Virus record (IMG/VR): IMGVR_UViG_3300042396_000723
Coordinates: 32,001-96,000 of that record
Source: a virus
Reading direction: 5' to 3' (one strand)
DNA length: 64,000 nucleotides
In this document: positions 26,760 through 37,092 of the stretch, piece after piece
How positions within the stretch are numbered: position 1 is the first letter of the stretch
Layout of the letters: each line of letters opens with the position of its first letter
The notes under the pieces: generated by a model
Database searches by the model: none
Told to the model about the DNA's origin: nothing
What the model saw: the letters and a program-made list of their open reading frames with translations, nothing else
Program-made: the position numbers and the translations under genes

Positions 26760-27449
26760 TTATCTGATAATCGTTAACGTCGTAGTCTCTGGCAACTTCA
26801 CCCACGGATAAACGATCCGCCAAACATCGTGACTATAAATATTTTTCGTCATGTACCGGGCGTCGGGAACTTGTTTAATCTCTATCCCCATCTTAATACT
26901 CATCGCTTTGAGAGGTCGCCAACTGAAGTTAGACTCATGAACTTTATTGAACTTGGCAACCCTGATGATTGACGAATAATCAAAAAGTTCATCCAAAGCC
27001 TCGGACAGTTGATTGTTTTCTTCCTCAAGCAGTGCTTTCTCGGCCTCTAACTTTTCTACCTCTAACGCCAATCGTCCAGCCTCTAGCAAAGCCTGAGCAT
27101 AGGTTTGTGGTAACGCAAGCGGGGTCTGAACGTGGTTATTCTTAGCAAGGGAGAAAGCCTCAACTAACCGTTCTTTGCAATCCAAAACCTGATCACTGTT
27201 TCGGGAAAACGTCATCAAAAGTGTTGCTTGTGCTTCATTCAAGAAACAGTAAGAGACTTCGTAAGCCCCACCCTGCGGGCGTCTCACCACGTCCGTTTTA
27301 AACGCGACTGGTGTTTTTCGTTCTAATCGGTCTAAATACTTTGTGATTGTTTGCAGTAAGTTCTTATGTTGAATCCCCAGTTCATCAGCAATCAATCGGG
27401 AATCGACAACTAAGGTGTCATTCTGTGTGGTAATGTCAAGAATAGCCAT
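26760..27449 (-). CDS. phage antirepressor-like protein (Rha-like N-terminus, KilAC-like C-terminus)
   Basis: 229 aa; N-terminus ITTQNDTLVVDSRLIADELGIQHKNLLQTI resembles Rha regulators; C-terminal half is a paralogue of the C-terminus of ORF 49642-50370. Confidence 0.6.
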   Translation of the reverse strand: MAILDITTQNDTLVVDSRLIADELGIQHKNLLQTITKYLDRLERKTPVAFKTDVVRRPQGGAYEVSYCFLNEAQATLLMTFSRNSDQVLDCKERLVEAFSLAKNNHVQTPLALPQTYAQALLEAGRLALEVEKLEAEKALLEEENNQLSEALDELFDYSSIIRVAKFNKVHESNFSWRPLKAMSIKMGIEIKQVPDARYMTKNIYSHDVWRIVYPWVKLPETTTLTIIR

Positions 27450-27604
27450 TGTTTACTCCGTATAAGTAAGTTGTGGTTAGACCCGTTCAAAAGCCAAAAA
27501 CTTTTGGCGGGTTGCCTATTTATATTATAATACAAACCCAATATCTTCACCAATAAAAATAACCCAACAATTAATAAATCATCGGGTGTGTTGTCCAATT
27601 TTAA

Positions 27605-28036
27605 TCAGTGTGCATTATTATTATAGCACCCTATTTCATCATCAACCATTGCTGAAACCAAAGGTTTTCTTTCTGGAAATAAATCTTTAATTGACCTGAC
27701 AGCATCAATATAAGACTTACCGAGGTATGTTCCATTCTCTCCAAAACTAACAGGGATATCAGAAACCGCCCACCACCCAGACCGACCTCTGAACTCAATA
27801 TACCAATAACCATAGTTGGTATTTTCTCCCGTTGTTTGGGATATTAAATTATTTAATTGTTCTGTTTTTGTTTGCATTCGCAACATCATTTCCTCTCTAA
27901 TTTTCCCTTGAAGTTCCCAGATATCTTTTTTTATAATGTCGTTCATCTGATTAGCTAATCTCATCTTGTACCCTGAATCCGTAGTAGCATTCTCGTACTC
28001 GGTTATTAAATTTTTTAATGCTTCCGTATCCATCAT
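27605..28036 (-). CDS. hypothetical protein
   Basis: 143 aa; AT-rich. Confidence 0.35.
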   Translation of the reverse strand: MMDTEALKNLITEYENATTDSGYKMRLANQMNDIIKKDIWELQGKIREEMMLRMQTKTEQLNNLISQTTGENTNYGYWYIEFRGRSGWWAVSDIPVSFGENGTYLGKSYIDAVRSIKDLFPERKPLVSAMVDDEIGCYNNNAH

Positions 28037-28272
28037 CCCACCTCAAAAGTAACAACATTCCACTTCAATTCTACCTGTAATTCTACCTGTAATTTTACCT
28101 GTTCTGATATCCATTTATCCATACACGAATTAATAAAAACAGGATAATCATTACGAGATTGTAGCCATTGTTTAGGATACTTAACTTTCAATTCCTTAAT
28201 CGTGAAAGTTTCCTCGGATACGGTAACTTCACGATCCAATGCAATCAGTTTAATTTTAGTTGAATTATTCAT
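28033..28272 (-). CDS. hypothetical protein
   Basis: 79 aa; contains 12-bp tandem repeats. Confidence 0.3.
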   Translation of the reverse strand: MNNSTKIKLIALDREVTVSEETFTIKELKVKYPKQWLQSRNDYPVFINSCMDKWISEQVKLQVELQVELKWNVVTFEVG

Positions 28273-28344
28273 GATAAAAAGGGACTGGGTTGTGTTGGTG
28301 TTGCATTAAATACAATCTAATGCCCTCCCGTGCAAGAGATTGTC

Positions 28345-28791
28345 TCAGGTTTGATTGCCGTCGTTAGTGTTTGAATTACTTGCATTGGTAGATACCCCTT
28401 TTAGCTTCTTTATTATTGCAATAGCTTTTTGATGTTCTGAAGCTAAGTGTTGATATTTTTCTTGAATGTTTACTAATTGTTCAGAAAAATTAGAGTTAGT
28501 TTTCTCCTGTAGCGCGGCTATCTTTTCCCTGAGTTCGTTGTTTTCAACCTCAAGCCTGTTTAAATCATTCTCCCTATAATTAGCCTCCCTCTGAAGGCTT
28601 TTAATTTCACTTTGTAATTCAACTATAACCTTGATGTTTTTGGTATCAAAAATTCTATTGATAGCAATACCAATTACACTACTACCACCCAACAGAACGG
28701 TAATCAAACCAAATACTGATTGAATCGTTTGGTCTGTAGTAGCTGTTGTTGTATTTGATTGGAGAATAACATGAAAAAAAGACATCAACAT
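28345..28791 (-). CDS. membrane-anchored coiled-coil protein
   Basis: 148 aa; one TM segment then a heptad-like coiled coil. Confidence 0.4.
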   Translation of the reverse strand: MLMSFFHVILQSNTTTATTDQTIQSVFGLITVLLGGSSVIGIAINRIFDTKNIKVIVELQSEIKSLQREANYRENDLNRLEVENNELREKIAALQEKTNSNFSEQLVNIQEKYQHLASEHQKAIAIIKKLKGVSTNASNSNTNDGNQT

Positions 28792-28808
28792 TTTGATTAC
28801 GAGGGTAA

Positions 28809-29240
28809 TTAACTTTTGTAGGCATATTTAATTGATAACATAATCTCTGCAAGCATTGAAGAAAACACCCCGCAAGCTAAGGAAGATATACTGCCATTTT
28901 GCTTGATTCCTACAGACAAAAAGAAAACTACTATAAACAATACTGAAAGGATGTGGCAGATATTTAAAAGAATATAGCAAGCAGTCCAAACAGAGGAGCT
29001 AATTTCACTACTAAACTCTTTCTTGAACTTGTAGACGAAACACCAACAAATTATCCCGCCAATCCCCACCCCAAGGGTGATAGCGTTTAAAAAATCAATA
29101 CTCTCATTTATCCATCTAATAGATGTTTCTAATGGGGTAAAAATCATTCCAAACAATCCGACCAGAATCATCACCAGGAAATGATGATTAAAAAATAATG
29201 CCTGAACTATATATTTAATTCTAAAAACAGGGCGTGGCAT
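28809..29240 (-). CDS. multi-pass membrane protein
   Basis: About four hydrophobic segments; start moved to ATG 29240 (MPRPVF) to avoid overlap, track start 29339. Confidence 0.4.
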   Translation of the reverse strand: MPRPVFRIKYIVQALFFNHHFLVMILVGLFGMIFTPLETSIRWINESIDFLNAITLGVGIGGIICWCFVYKFKKEFSSEISSSVWTACYILLNICHILSVLFIVVFFLSVGIKQNGSISSLACGVFSSMLAEIMLSIKYAYKS

Positions 29241-29250
29241 ATTGCAATAT

Positions 29251-29610
29251 TTACCCCCTCTTTCTAAAATCGTAAGACTCACCCTCTTTTTTTCGCTCTT
29301 TGAGTTTTTTGCTACGTTCATAGTGATGCCCCAATACAAGGAAAAGCGATAAAAAACTTATAATAATTTGAATTATTAAAGTTGATATTTTCATATTATC
29401 AAACTTGTCATAACCTATCTTGTTAAAGCTGTCAAACAATAACATCAATCCGTTATTTATCAACAGAGTAGATGACAAGTATTGATTCAACTTTCGGTTA
29501 TCAAATATCAAGGAAAATCCATTAATAATAGAAATCAGTCCGGCAAAGAAAAGCAAGAAGGCATAACCGGACTGGTTGAAAGGGAGCGAAAAAATTGATA
29601 TTGATATCAT
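29251..29610 (-). CDS. multi-pass membrane protein
   Basis: 119 aa; three hydrophobic segments, basic C-terminus. Confidence 0.4.
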   Translation of the reverse strand: MISISIFSLPFNQSGYAFLLFFAGLISIINGFSLIFDNRKLNQYLSSTLLINNGLMLLFDSFNKIGYDKFDNMKISTLIIQIIISFLSLFLVLGHHYERSKKLKERKKEGESYDFRKRG

Positions 29611-29930
29611 TCTATTGGTGTTAATGGGTTGTTTTTTGACGCTTCAATTGCTGCTTTTCTGGTGGCTATTATTCCCATTGCCTCTGTAACCAGTGCAATT
29701 TTTATCCACTCCATCTTTTCGGAAAATCCTGGATATTTAGTCTCTAATTCATTGGGTGTTCCCAAATTCAAAATACCTTCACCTGGACTTGTCCCCAAAA
29801 CTTCTCCAGTCTCAAGATTGACAATCGAATATTGGTGGCACAGTTCAATTACAACATCCAATAAAATCCCACTCACAGGAATCTGTTGGCTTTGTAATAC
29901 AAAAAAATGGTCTTTTTTCTCAATAGTCAT
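29607..29930 (-). CDS. hypothetical protein
   Basis: 107 aa; starts immediately after the tail-fibre gene. Confidence 0.35.
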   Translation of the reverse strand: MTIEKKDHFFVLQSQQIPVSGILLDVVIELCHQYSIVNLETGEVLGTSPGEGILNLGTPNELETKYPGFSEKMEWIKIALVTEAMGIIATRKAAIEASKNNPLTPIE

Positions 29931-29934
29931 GATT

Positions 29935-32058
29935 TTATGCCGTGTAAATTATTGTTATTTTAACTGGTTTTGATAAAATATTTTCGCTATTTGTTGGATG
30001 ATTTATTATTTGTATGTCCGCCACTGACACGGACACGGAAAAATGAAGACCAACAAACTGTGTATCATATCCAGACAATACAAACGCGTTTGCGCTGAAT
30101 TCCACTAATACTGTGACGGATACAATTTTTGAAACCGTAACTCCATGAGCTATTAATGCAACCCCCCCTTCAGTTGCAGCCGTAGTCCCCGTCAAAACTT
30201 TAATCTTAATCCCTGGATGATTAGCGTCCCCACCTAAAGAACTGAAACCACCAACATATTGATTTCCTCCAATCCCCTGTCCCCCAGGAATTACACTAGC
30301 TCCCGTGGTGGGAGATGTTGAAGGTGTTGTGGAATTAGTTGATATCACACCTCTTAGGTAGGTATTGGTGATACTTGAATCACCAATTGTTACGGTGTTT
30401 GAGCCGTTACCGGTGGCGTTAAAACAAAATACGTTTTCGTTGGTTGCGTTCTGGGTTCCTTTTGTATTTGCGCCAAAAAAACAAGAGTTATTTGAGATAG
30501 TTAGACCTGTAACGCCGTCAGAAGTGAAGCGTCCTGCACCAACTCCAAAACCTGCCAAATTACTCCCTGTTATATTGCTGAAAAGCGCACCAACTCCAGA
30601 GGCAGTTAAATTATTCCCTGTAGTGTTATTTTCTAAAGCCCCAACGCCAAAAGCAGACGAATTATTCCCTGTAGTATTAGAACGAAGCGCATTAAGTCCA
30701 GCGGCAGTTAAACTACTCCCTGTAATATTGGACAAAAGCGCACTAACTCCAACTGCCGTTGAATAATTCCCTGTGGTGTTATTTTGTAAAGCCCCAGTTC
30801 CAAAACCTGCCAGGCCAATACCTGTGGTATTGGCCTGGAGCACACTAACTCCTGTTATTGTATTTGTGTCTAAACTCCCCCCTCCTCTCCCAATAGGAAT
30901 CAAATTATAAGAATTGGCACTAACAGTACCAGCAAAAATAGCACCCGTAACCCCTAAACTAGCGACCCTTAAAGCCCCTGTAGTTGTTGATGTTGATTGG
31001 GTTGATAGGGGAATATGAAATCTCGAACTATCAACAGAGAAATAAGTAGTCGCACCATCTCCCCAGGATTGAATCCCTGTCGATATATCTCTCTCCCACC
31101 ACGTTCTAGTGGTACTCAGGGGAATGTTAAAGGAAGCATCAACAGCTATCCCGTTATGAAAACTGGTTGTATTCCAGTCTACACCATTAGCTTTCCGACA
31201 AAGCCAAGTTCTTTCTGTTATTATGTTTCCTGATGCCCCTGTTTTTGAAGATAAAACTTGAAAATCTCCAGATGTACTACCGAGAGGAGACCCTTGATAT
31301 AGACTAACTCCTGCACCTAAAGAACCTATTATGTTTCCGTTTACTGCTAGATTCCCCGTGATAGTCCCACCCGCCAATGAAAGATAGGAATTAATATCAA
31401 TTGAATAAGTCCCATCCCCTGTTTTCTTTAGGAATCCTGGGGTGTCGGATAGCGATTGAATAGCAATTAATTCGTTGCCGATACTGTTAGTTGAAACCGC
31501 AGTTACTTGACCCTTAGCATTGACAGTAATAGCAGGAATTGAACTAGCACTACCGAAAGAACCAGCATTACTATTGACCGTTGCCAGTGTTATCGCACTT
31601 GTAACATTGGCTGAACCATCAAAAGATACTGAATAACTAGCATCCCCCGTTGTTGTAATTGTCCGTGGCGTGGTTAGTTTTAAAGCCTCTCCCGCAGTAG
31701 CAGAACTCGATATCTCAACATAAACAGAACCCGACCATCGGTAAACTTTATTAGTCGTTTCATCAACGTAAATCTTTCCAGTTTCACCCGTACCTGGGAA
31801 CCCGGCAAGGTTTGTATAACTCAGGACATCATCAACATAAGACGGTAAAAGCCCAGATGAAATTGTGCCAGACGCGGCGTTTAAACTTGTTAAAACTTCG
31901 TTACCAGTAGACGCGATCGCACCAACATCAGACGCGGTTAAACTAATCTGAGCTTTAGGAACCTTGGTATTTGAATCCAAGGTAGCCACACCATTAGCCA
32001 TTGCTTTCTCTAATTGCAAAACAATCAAAGAATAATCAATATCCGAAAACATTCCCAT
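29935..32058 (-). CDS. tail fibre protein
   Basis: 707 aa; GKIYVDETTNKVYRWSGSVYV and SIPAITVNAKGQVTAVS phage-fibre repeat motifs; many NTTG/NITG Gly-rich repeats. Confidence 0.8.
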   Translation of the reverse strand: MGMFSDIDYSLIVLQLEKAMANGVATLDSNTKVPKAQISLTASDVGAIASTGNEVLTSLNAASGTISSGLLPSYVDDVLSYTNLAGFPGTGETGKIYVDETTNKVYRWSGSVYVEISSSATAGEALKLTTPRTITTTGDASYSVSFDGSANVTSAITLATVNSNAGSFGSASSIPAITVNAKGQVTAVSTNSIGNELIAIQSLSDTPGFLKKTGDGTYSIDINSYLSLAGGTITGNLAVNGNIIGSLGAGVSLYQGSPLGSTSGDFQVLSSKTGASGNIITERTWLCRKANGVDWNTTSFHNGIAVDASFNIPLSTTRTWWERDISTGIQSWGDGATTYFSVDSSRFHIPLSTQSTSTTTGALRVASLGVTGAIFAGTVSANSYNLIPIGRGGGSLDTNTITGVSVLQANTTGIGLAGFGTGALQNNTTGNYSTAVGVSALLSNITGSSLTAAGLNALRSNTTGNNSSAFGVGALENNTTGNNLTASGVGALFSNITGSNLAGFGVGAGRFTSDGVTGLTISNNSCFFGANTKGTQNATNENVFCFNATGNGSNTVTIGDSSITNTYLRGVISTNSTTPSTSPTTGASVIPGGQGIGGNQYVGGFSSLGGDANHPGIKIKVLTGTTAATEGGVALIAHGVTVSKIVSVTVLVEFSANAFVLSGYDTQFVGLHFSVSVSVADIQIINHPTNSENILSKPVKITIIYTA

Positions 32059-32059
32059 G

Positions 32060-32494
32060 TTAATATCCTCTTACTAATCGAACTGATTTACCACTAGGAA
32101 TTACCAACTCAATAGCGGGGTATAGAACATTATTAATGGCCTCAAAGTTTAGATTTTCACCGGATGAAAATGTTAATCCATTAATAGTTACATCCCCTAC
32201 GAGTACCTTTAAATAAATGAAATAACTACCAGTTGCAATTGTTGTATTTGTTGTTAGCAATCTACAATCTAACTCGGCGGTTATTGTTGGTAAAGAGACT
32301 GGGACTCTACCACTTGATAAAGATGGAAGTTTGGCGTTGATCGCACCAAGTGTTGCTTCCGCAGATCCCCCGTCGTTTGAGATAGCACGATAAATCTCCC
32401 AGTAGGGAAGTGTCTGTGCCGGGTTCTCCAGGGCTTCTATTTGCTCTTTAATTAAAGCAGCCGCCTCCGTTTGCTGTGTACTAATATCAGGCAT
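32060..32494 (-). CDS. tail-associated protein (putative)
   Basis: 144 aa immediately upstream of tail fibre. Confidence 0.35.
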   Translation of the reverse strand: MPDISTQQTEAAALIKEQIEALENPAQTLPYWEIYRAISNDGGSAEATLGAINAKLPSLSSGRVPVSLPTITAELDCRLLTTNTTIATGSYFIYLKVLVGDVTINGLTFSSGENLNFEAINNVLYPAIELVIPSGKSVRLVRGY

Positions 32495-32599
32495 CTTTCA
32501 AAAATAGAAGGATTTATAATTAATTTTAACCCCTCTTTTATTGATTGCATTTTTAATTTAAGAAAATTCACCCTAGGACTAAAAGCATAATTTTTAAAA

Positions 32600-34327
32600 T
32601 TATCCCAAGACTAAGGCATATTTTTTAGCCGAGTTTTCAATAAAACTCAAAATATCAGAATCCATCTCTAAAATCCCTTGGTGAGAAATGGCTGTCACAG
32701 TGTTTGTGTAGTAATATGCGACTGTGATCAAATAATTCCCACTAGCGAAGCCTGAAGCCCCATTGACGGCAGCTACAGAGTTAATTACAGGGCTGTACAA
32801 TCCCAGTTCCGAATCAGGAACAGTAGTTGCCTCTCCTCCTGATCCAGTTAAGACAATAGTTTGAGTTGCTTCGCCTAGCTGCACTGGAGTGCTAAACTTA
32901 TTTCCCCCTATCCAGATCCATATATCTGTTGCATTGAAATTCCCTTTTGAATTTCCTGCAATAACATCAAGATAGTCGGATCTGATATTTGTGGGATGCG
33001 TTAGTTTAATCTCTAATTGTTTTGAAGGGCTTAACGTTACACTCCCTGCCACAATTGCTTTTCCACAACCATTTAATGTCCCGACTTTAGCCCTCAATAC
33101 TTGACCTGTTCCTAACCCCGAAACTGCTAAACAAGTCCCATTCCCGTTAATGGCAACGATCTGATTGGCAGTGTTGGCAACTAAACCAAATACCCCACGC
33201 TCTCCTGCTCCAATAAATGATCGCCCATTGACAATTCCCGATCCCGATAAGGCGATCGCGCTTAAACCCGTATCAGGGACAATTCGACGTAGATCCAACC
33301 CCGCACTAATTAAATTGCCAATGATTGCAGCCACACCCGAATAATAGCCAACACGCTCCCCGATTGATAGACTGACTTCTATCTGAGCATTCTCGGCTAC
33401 CCTCCCCCCTAAACTTGCCACGTCAACCTGAATCTCCACAGCAACTAGATAGGCATATCCCGATAGCAAATCTTTTTCTAAAATTAATCCCGAATTGTTG
33501 TTGGTATAAGTAATTCTTTGATTAATTCCCGTCATCTCCCCACCTCCAGAGGCGGAGGTATCCAGAGATCCATCGGTCAAGTTGACGTATCCTAAAAATG
33601 TCAAATTGACCGCACCCGCACCAAAAAACAGATCAGTTAAGTCTGTATCCCCCCACGATATCCCTACTGATATGGATCTCCCCGCAAAATAGGGAGATGT
33701 CGTTTCGTTTCTTAGCCAAAATTTGACGGGCTCGGAATAACTTCTGTCAACTGCATAATCGGGACGGATAATAATTTCTTTTTGCTCATCTGTGAACTCA
33801 GAAAGCAACCTATCACAGCCGTTTACCGAACGAGTTGATGTAACTAAGGTTTGGAATTCTTGGGGATAAACCCTCAGCCACTGACTGTCTTGCCATTCTC
33901 TGATTTCTCCCCATTCGTCAACGTAAACCCGCATCCCGTCGATTTTATTAACAGGGATTTGAGAGGTATTCGCTACGCTTTTTTGGGTAACGAAGTATTC
34001 ATTTTTGTTAAGTGTTAGCGTCCCAGGTAAAGTATCTGAAGCTGAGTAAGTGGCTATAACATAAGCAGCTAAATAGGTATTTGTCGGGGAGAATGACAGC
34101 ACATAGGAGACTGGATCATACCCCTCACAGTTACAGTTAGGCACAATTACAGTCACACCTTGACCCGTTGTTAAATTGATGGCGGTTGGAGGGGAATACA
34201 GGTTAAATCCTTGGCGGTTCCGCATCTGCCAATACAACGAACCCGAAACCGGAGTTGTTAAACTTCCCGAAATTACTGAGACAACCGGAGCAGGAATTTG
34301 AGAGGGAATACCAGCGTAAGTCAGCAT
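32600..34327 (-). CDS. tail/baseplate structural protein (putative)
   Basis: 575 aa, Gly/Ser/Thr-rich, within structural block. Confidence 0.45.
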   Translation of the reverse strand: MLTYAGIPSQIPAPVVSVISGSLTTPVSGSLYWQMRNRQGFNLYSPPTAINLTTGQGVTVIVPNCNCEGYDPVSYVLSFSPTNTYLAAYVIATYSASDTLPGTLTLNKNEYFVTQKSVANTSQIPVNKIDGMRVYVDEWGEIREWQDSQWLRVYPQEFQTLVTSTRSVNGCDRLLSEFTDEQKEIIIRPDYAVDRSYSEPVKFWLRNETTSPYFAGRSISVGISWGDTDLTDLFFGAGAVNLTFLGYVNLTDGSLDTSASGGGEMTGINQRITYTNNNSGLILEKDLLSGYAYLVAVEIQVDVASLGGRVAENAQIEVSLSIGERVGYYSGVAAIIGNLISAGLDLRRIVPDTGLSAIALSGSGIVNGRSFIGAGERGVFGLVANTANQIVAINGNGTCLAVSGLGTGQVLRAKVGTLNGCGKAIVAGSVTLSPSKQLEIKLTHPTNIRSDYLDVIAGNSKGNFNATDIWIWIGGNKFSTPVQLGEATQTIVLTGSGGEATTVPDSELGLYSPVINSVAAVNGASGFASGNYLITVAYYYTNTVTAISHQGILEMDSDILSFIENSAKKYALVLG

Positions 34328-34353
34328 ATTTTATTGTTTACCCTTGTACTCAT

Positions 34354-34560
34354 TTATCCTTGAATTACTTGCCATTTACCATTGTGTTTAAAGGCGATCG
34401 CATTCCCTGTAACCACACCTTTAGCTACAAAACTTTTACCCATCCCAGAGAATACAGATCCACTATTCCCCAGAGGGTAAGCCTTGCCAATTAACACTGA
34501 TTTGTTAAGAGCGTTTAATCGACTTAAAGCCTGAGATGCGATTTGATTTACCGTCGCCAT
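34354..34560 (-). CDS. hypothetical small protein
   Basis: 68 aa. Confidence 0.3.
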   Translation of the reverse strand: MATVNQIASQALSRLNALNKSVLIGKAYPLGNSGSVFSGMGKSFVAKGVVTGNAIAFKHNGKWQVIQG

Positions 34561-34721
34561 GCTACTGATTCCCTTAACGTTCTGGTTCGGTTTGTTGCTC
34601 TTACAGTTTTCCCTCCATATCTGCCCGTGATGGAACTTCCTGAAATATTCCAGGTTGGCTGTCCACTGCTTAATATTCTTAAAAGTTTGGCTGCTAATTC
34701 TCTTTCTTTTGGGGACGACAT

Positions 34722-37088
34722 TTAATTCCTCCGACCGGGGACAGTTGAGGGTAAAACCCCTCCTAAAGTAATTATAGTGGCATTATTGTCTACCTTTGGA
34801 TCTTCCCCTTGGTTATTGTCCGAACCTTCGTTAGATGGAACGATATCTTCTATTGTTTCAATACGAATAGATCGACTGTCCGACAATCCTAGTGTTAGCT
34901 TTGTGCCGTCCGTTTTACAGATTGGATCTAATCCGTAGGCATTCTGACTTCCATCATATTCAAGGGTATAAGAAGCCGACAAGACTCTAAATCTTCCCTG
35001 AAACCTGTTTCCACTAAAAGTGCAAAAATCCCCGCCTTCAATATTTGGGAAGTGCCAGCTAACCGTTCGGGTTTCTTGGGTGCTTTGAAGGGTGTTAATT
35101 GTAAGTTGAGTTTCGGCTGCTTTTTTTGCTTGCTCAAGGGTAGAAGCAGCCCCAAAACTTAGACTCTCTCCCCCCTCTGTTGCCCATTCAGGGATTGAAT
35201 CAGAGTAGACAAAGTAGCGTTTTCCGACACCTTCTTTTGTCGTTACAACACTTTTTGTATAGGTTTTTTTGGGTTGCTGTTGCTCCCATGTTGTTTTCCT
35301 GTATTGAGCTTCTGGGGGTCTACCCTGAATCTCCCGATATCGAACATTCTCAACCCCATCAACAAACCCTGCTCCCGATGCGGTTAACTCCACTATTTTC
35401 TCGGTTGAATATTCGTCGTTCTTTTTAGTCCAAATTGATTGATAGTAACTTTCCTCTCCTGTAACAAGTGCTGGCAGAGGATCTTCGCTGGTTGAGTCGG
35501 GGTGAGCCATTGTTGCGATAGACGAGGCTTGGCGAGATTCTGTCCAAACCAGCATCGGCTCCACAAAATCCATGTCAGCAGTAAGCAAGCCCACTTTCAA
35601 CCTTCGATTAAAGCCCTCTTTTGGGGGTGTAACCTTTGTGAACATCTTTCGCTGCATTTCCTCATCCATTTCATCCCAAAAAACCCACTCAATGCTGTAA
35701 GGGACTGTATCCTGTCCATAGTCTGCGCGCATTGATTTGATGTAAAAGCTGGTTACATCTTGCCTGTTTATCTTTTTAAAGGTAACCACTGGAGCCCAAG
35801 GCCCTATGAGATTCCCGTTGTTATCTACCTCCATCTGACTTGTATCAGTATCCCCTCCTGGTTCTTCCTGTTGAAATCGGCTTAATTTCCATCCAGACGT
35901 GACAATACTTGTCAAGTATTTAGCATTTGAAACCTTAGATTGAAGCCCCTTCAATGAATCACCACGTCCTAAATATTCTTCATAATCTGGATGCACAGTT
36001 AACTGATATTCTATTTCTTTTGTGTTCTTAGGTGTAGTAAGTGTGTAAGTCGGTGGTTCTACTGCCTGATAATAATAGCGAGTTTCTTGAAATTCGATTA
36101 ATTTCCAGAAGTTTACTGGATCGAGAATCATTAATCCATCGGGCGTTTCAATAAAGTCTTTTAAATAATAAGCAAATCCCCAGGTTTCAATAACCTCTCT
36201 GTCTGTTTGCCCGTCAATTGAGTAGGTTGTTCTCCTGACTTTCTTTGGGCCGGATTGGTCTAAGTTGCTATCTAAACTCCTTAAAATAGCTGTTCCTTTT
36301 GGTGGGTTTGTTACATCTTGGTCGTATTCATATTCGGTTTTAAGTTCAGGTTCTTTTTCCTCGAATTCGGGAGGTGAATTTGGGTCAACTTGCTCTTTAT
36401 TACTTTCCCTTGGAGTCCATGTCAACGCGGCTCCATTGTAATAGGGTGCGACACCTAACTGGTTAGATCCGTCCGCTATTTGTTCTCCCCAACTAAAACT
36501 ATAAGAAGAGCCAGAATTGATATTCTTCAATGCGACAAACTGCCCATAATGGACGTAACAGCCCTCTACTAAGGCATATTCCTCCAATACATCATCCAGG
36601 GAAATCATAGAGTCTTCGCCAACTTCATCAATGAAGATGTCAAACCCACCAGACAAATTGACACCCGCCTTGGATGCCAACCGACTCGCCGATAATGTCC
36701 CCGTGGCAATATTAACCAAAGGCTTGATTTTCACCGACCGTGAACAATAAACCTTCCACCATCCTTCTAGGTTGATTGAGACAGTATAAACATTTATTTT
36801 TTTGGTTCCTTTATATAAATATCCAGTTCTTTCGTAGCTATAACCGCCATCGGGAGCAACTCTAAATGGAATCCCGTCTATGGTGATTCTTGTATTCCTT
36901 GAAGGATTATAAACCTGCTCGTAACTGCTAATATCTTCTTCTGTAATCCCTTCATAGGTAATTGAGGCACTGGGATGATCTTGGAAGTTCTTTGTAACAG
37001 TTAATGATCCCAGTTTTATCGGAACTGGAAGGCTAGGGGGATTTTTGACAATATTACTTTTAAATAATGGACGGGAAACAATAGGCAT
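34722..37088 (-). CDS. large structural protein (tail/baseplate candidate)
   Basis: 788 aa; position in structural block; no motif recognised. Confidence 0.45.
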   Translation of the reverse strand: MPIVSRPLFKSNIVKNPPSLPVPIKLGSLTVTKNFQDHPSASITYEGITEEDISSYEQVYNPSRNTRITIDGIPFRVAPDGGYSYERTGYLYKGTKKINVYTVSINLEGWWKVYCSRSVKIKPLVNIATGTLSASRLASKAGVNLSGGFDIFIDEVGEDSMISLDDVLEEYALVEGCYVHYGQFVALKNINSGSSYSFSWGEQIADGSNQLGVAPYYNGAALTWTPRESNKEQVDPNSPPEFEEKEPELKTEYEYDQDVTNPPKGTAILRSLDSNLDQSGPKKVRRTTYSIDGQTDREVIETWGFAYYLKDFIETPDGLMILDPVNFWKLIEFQETRYYYQAVEPPTYTLTTPKNTKEIEYQLTVHPDYEEYLGRGDSLKGLQSKVSNAKYLTSIVTSGWKLSRFQQEEPGGDTDTSQMEVDNNGNLIGPWAPVVTFKKINRQDVTSFYIKSMRADYGQDTVPYSIEWVFWDEMDEEMQRKMFTKVTPPKEGFNRRLKVGLLTADMDFVEPMLVWTESRQASSIATMAHPDSTSEDPLPALVTGEESYYQSIWTKKNDEYSTEKIVELTASGAGFVDGVENVRYREIQGRPPEAQYRKTTWEQQQPKKTYTKSVVTTKEGVGKRYFVYSDSIPEWATEGGESLSFGAASTLEQAKKAAETQLTINTLQSTQETRTVSWHFPNIEGGDFCTFSGNRFQGRFRVLSASYTLEYDGSQNAYGLDPICKTDGTKLTLGLSDSRSIRIETIEDIVPSNEGSDNNQGEDPKVDNNATIITLGGVLPSTVPGRRN

Positions 37089-37092
37089 AATA

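Noticed and set aside
30365-30766. Plus-strand 133-aa ORF inside the tail-fibre gene
   Set aside because: Antisense shadow of the strongly supported minus-strand fibre gene; Pro/Ala/Lys-rich translation is typical of reverse-frame repeats.
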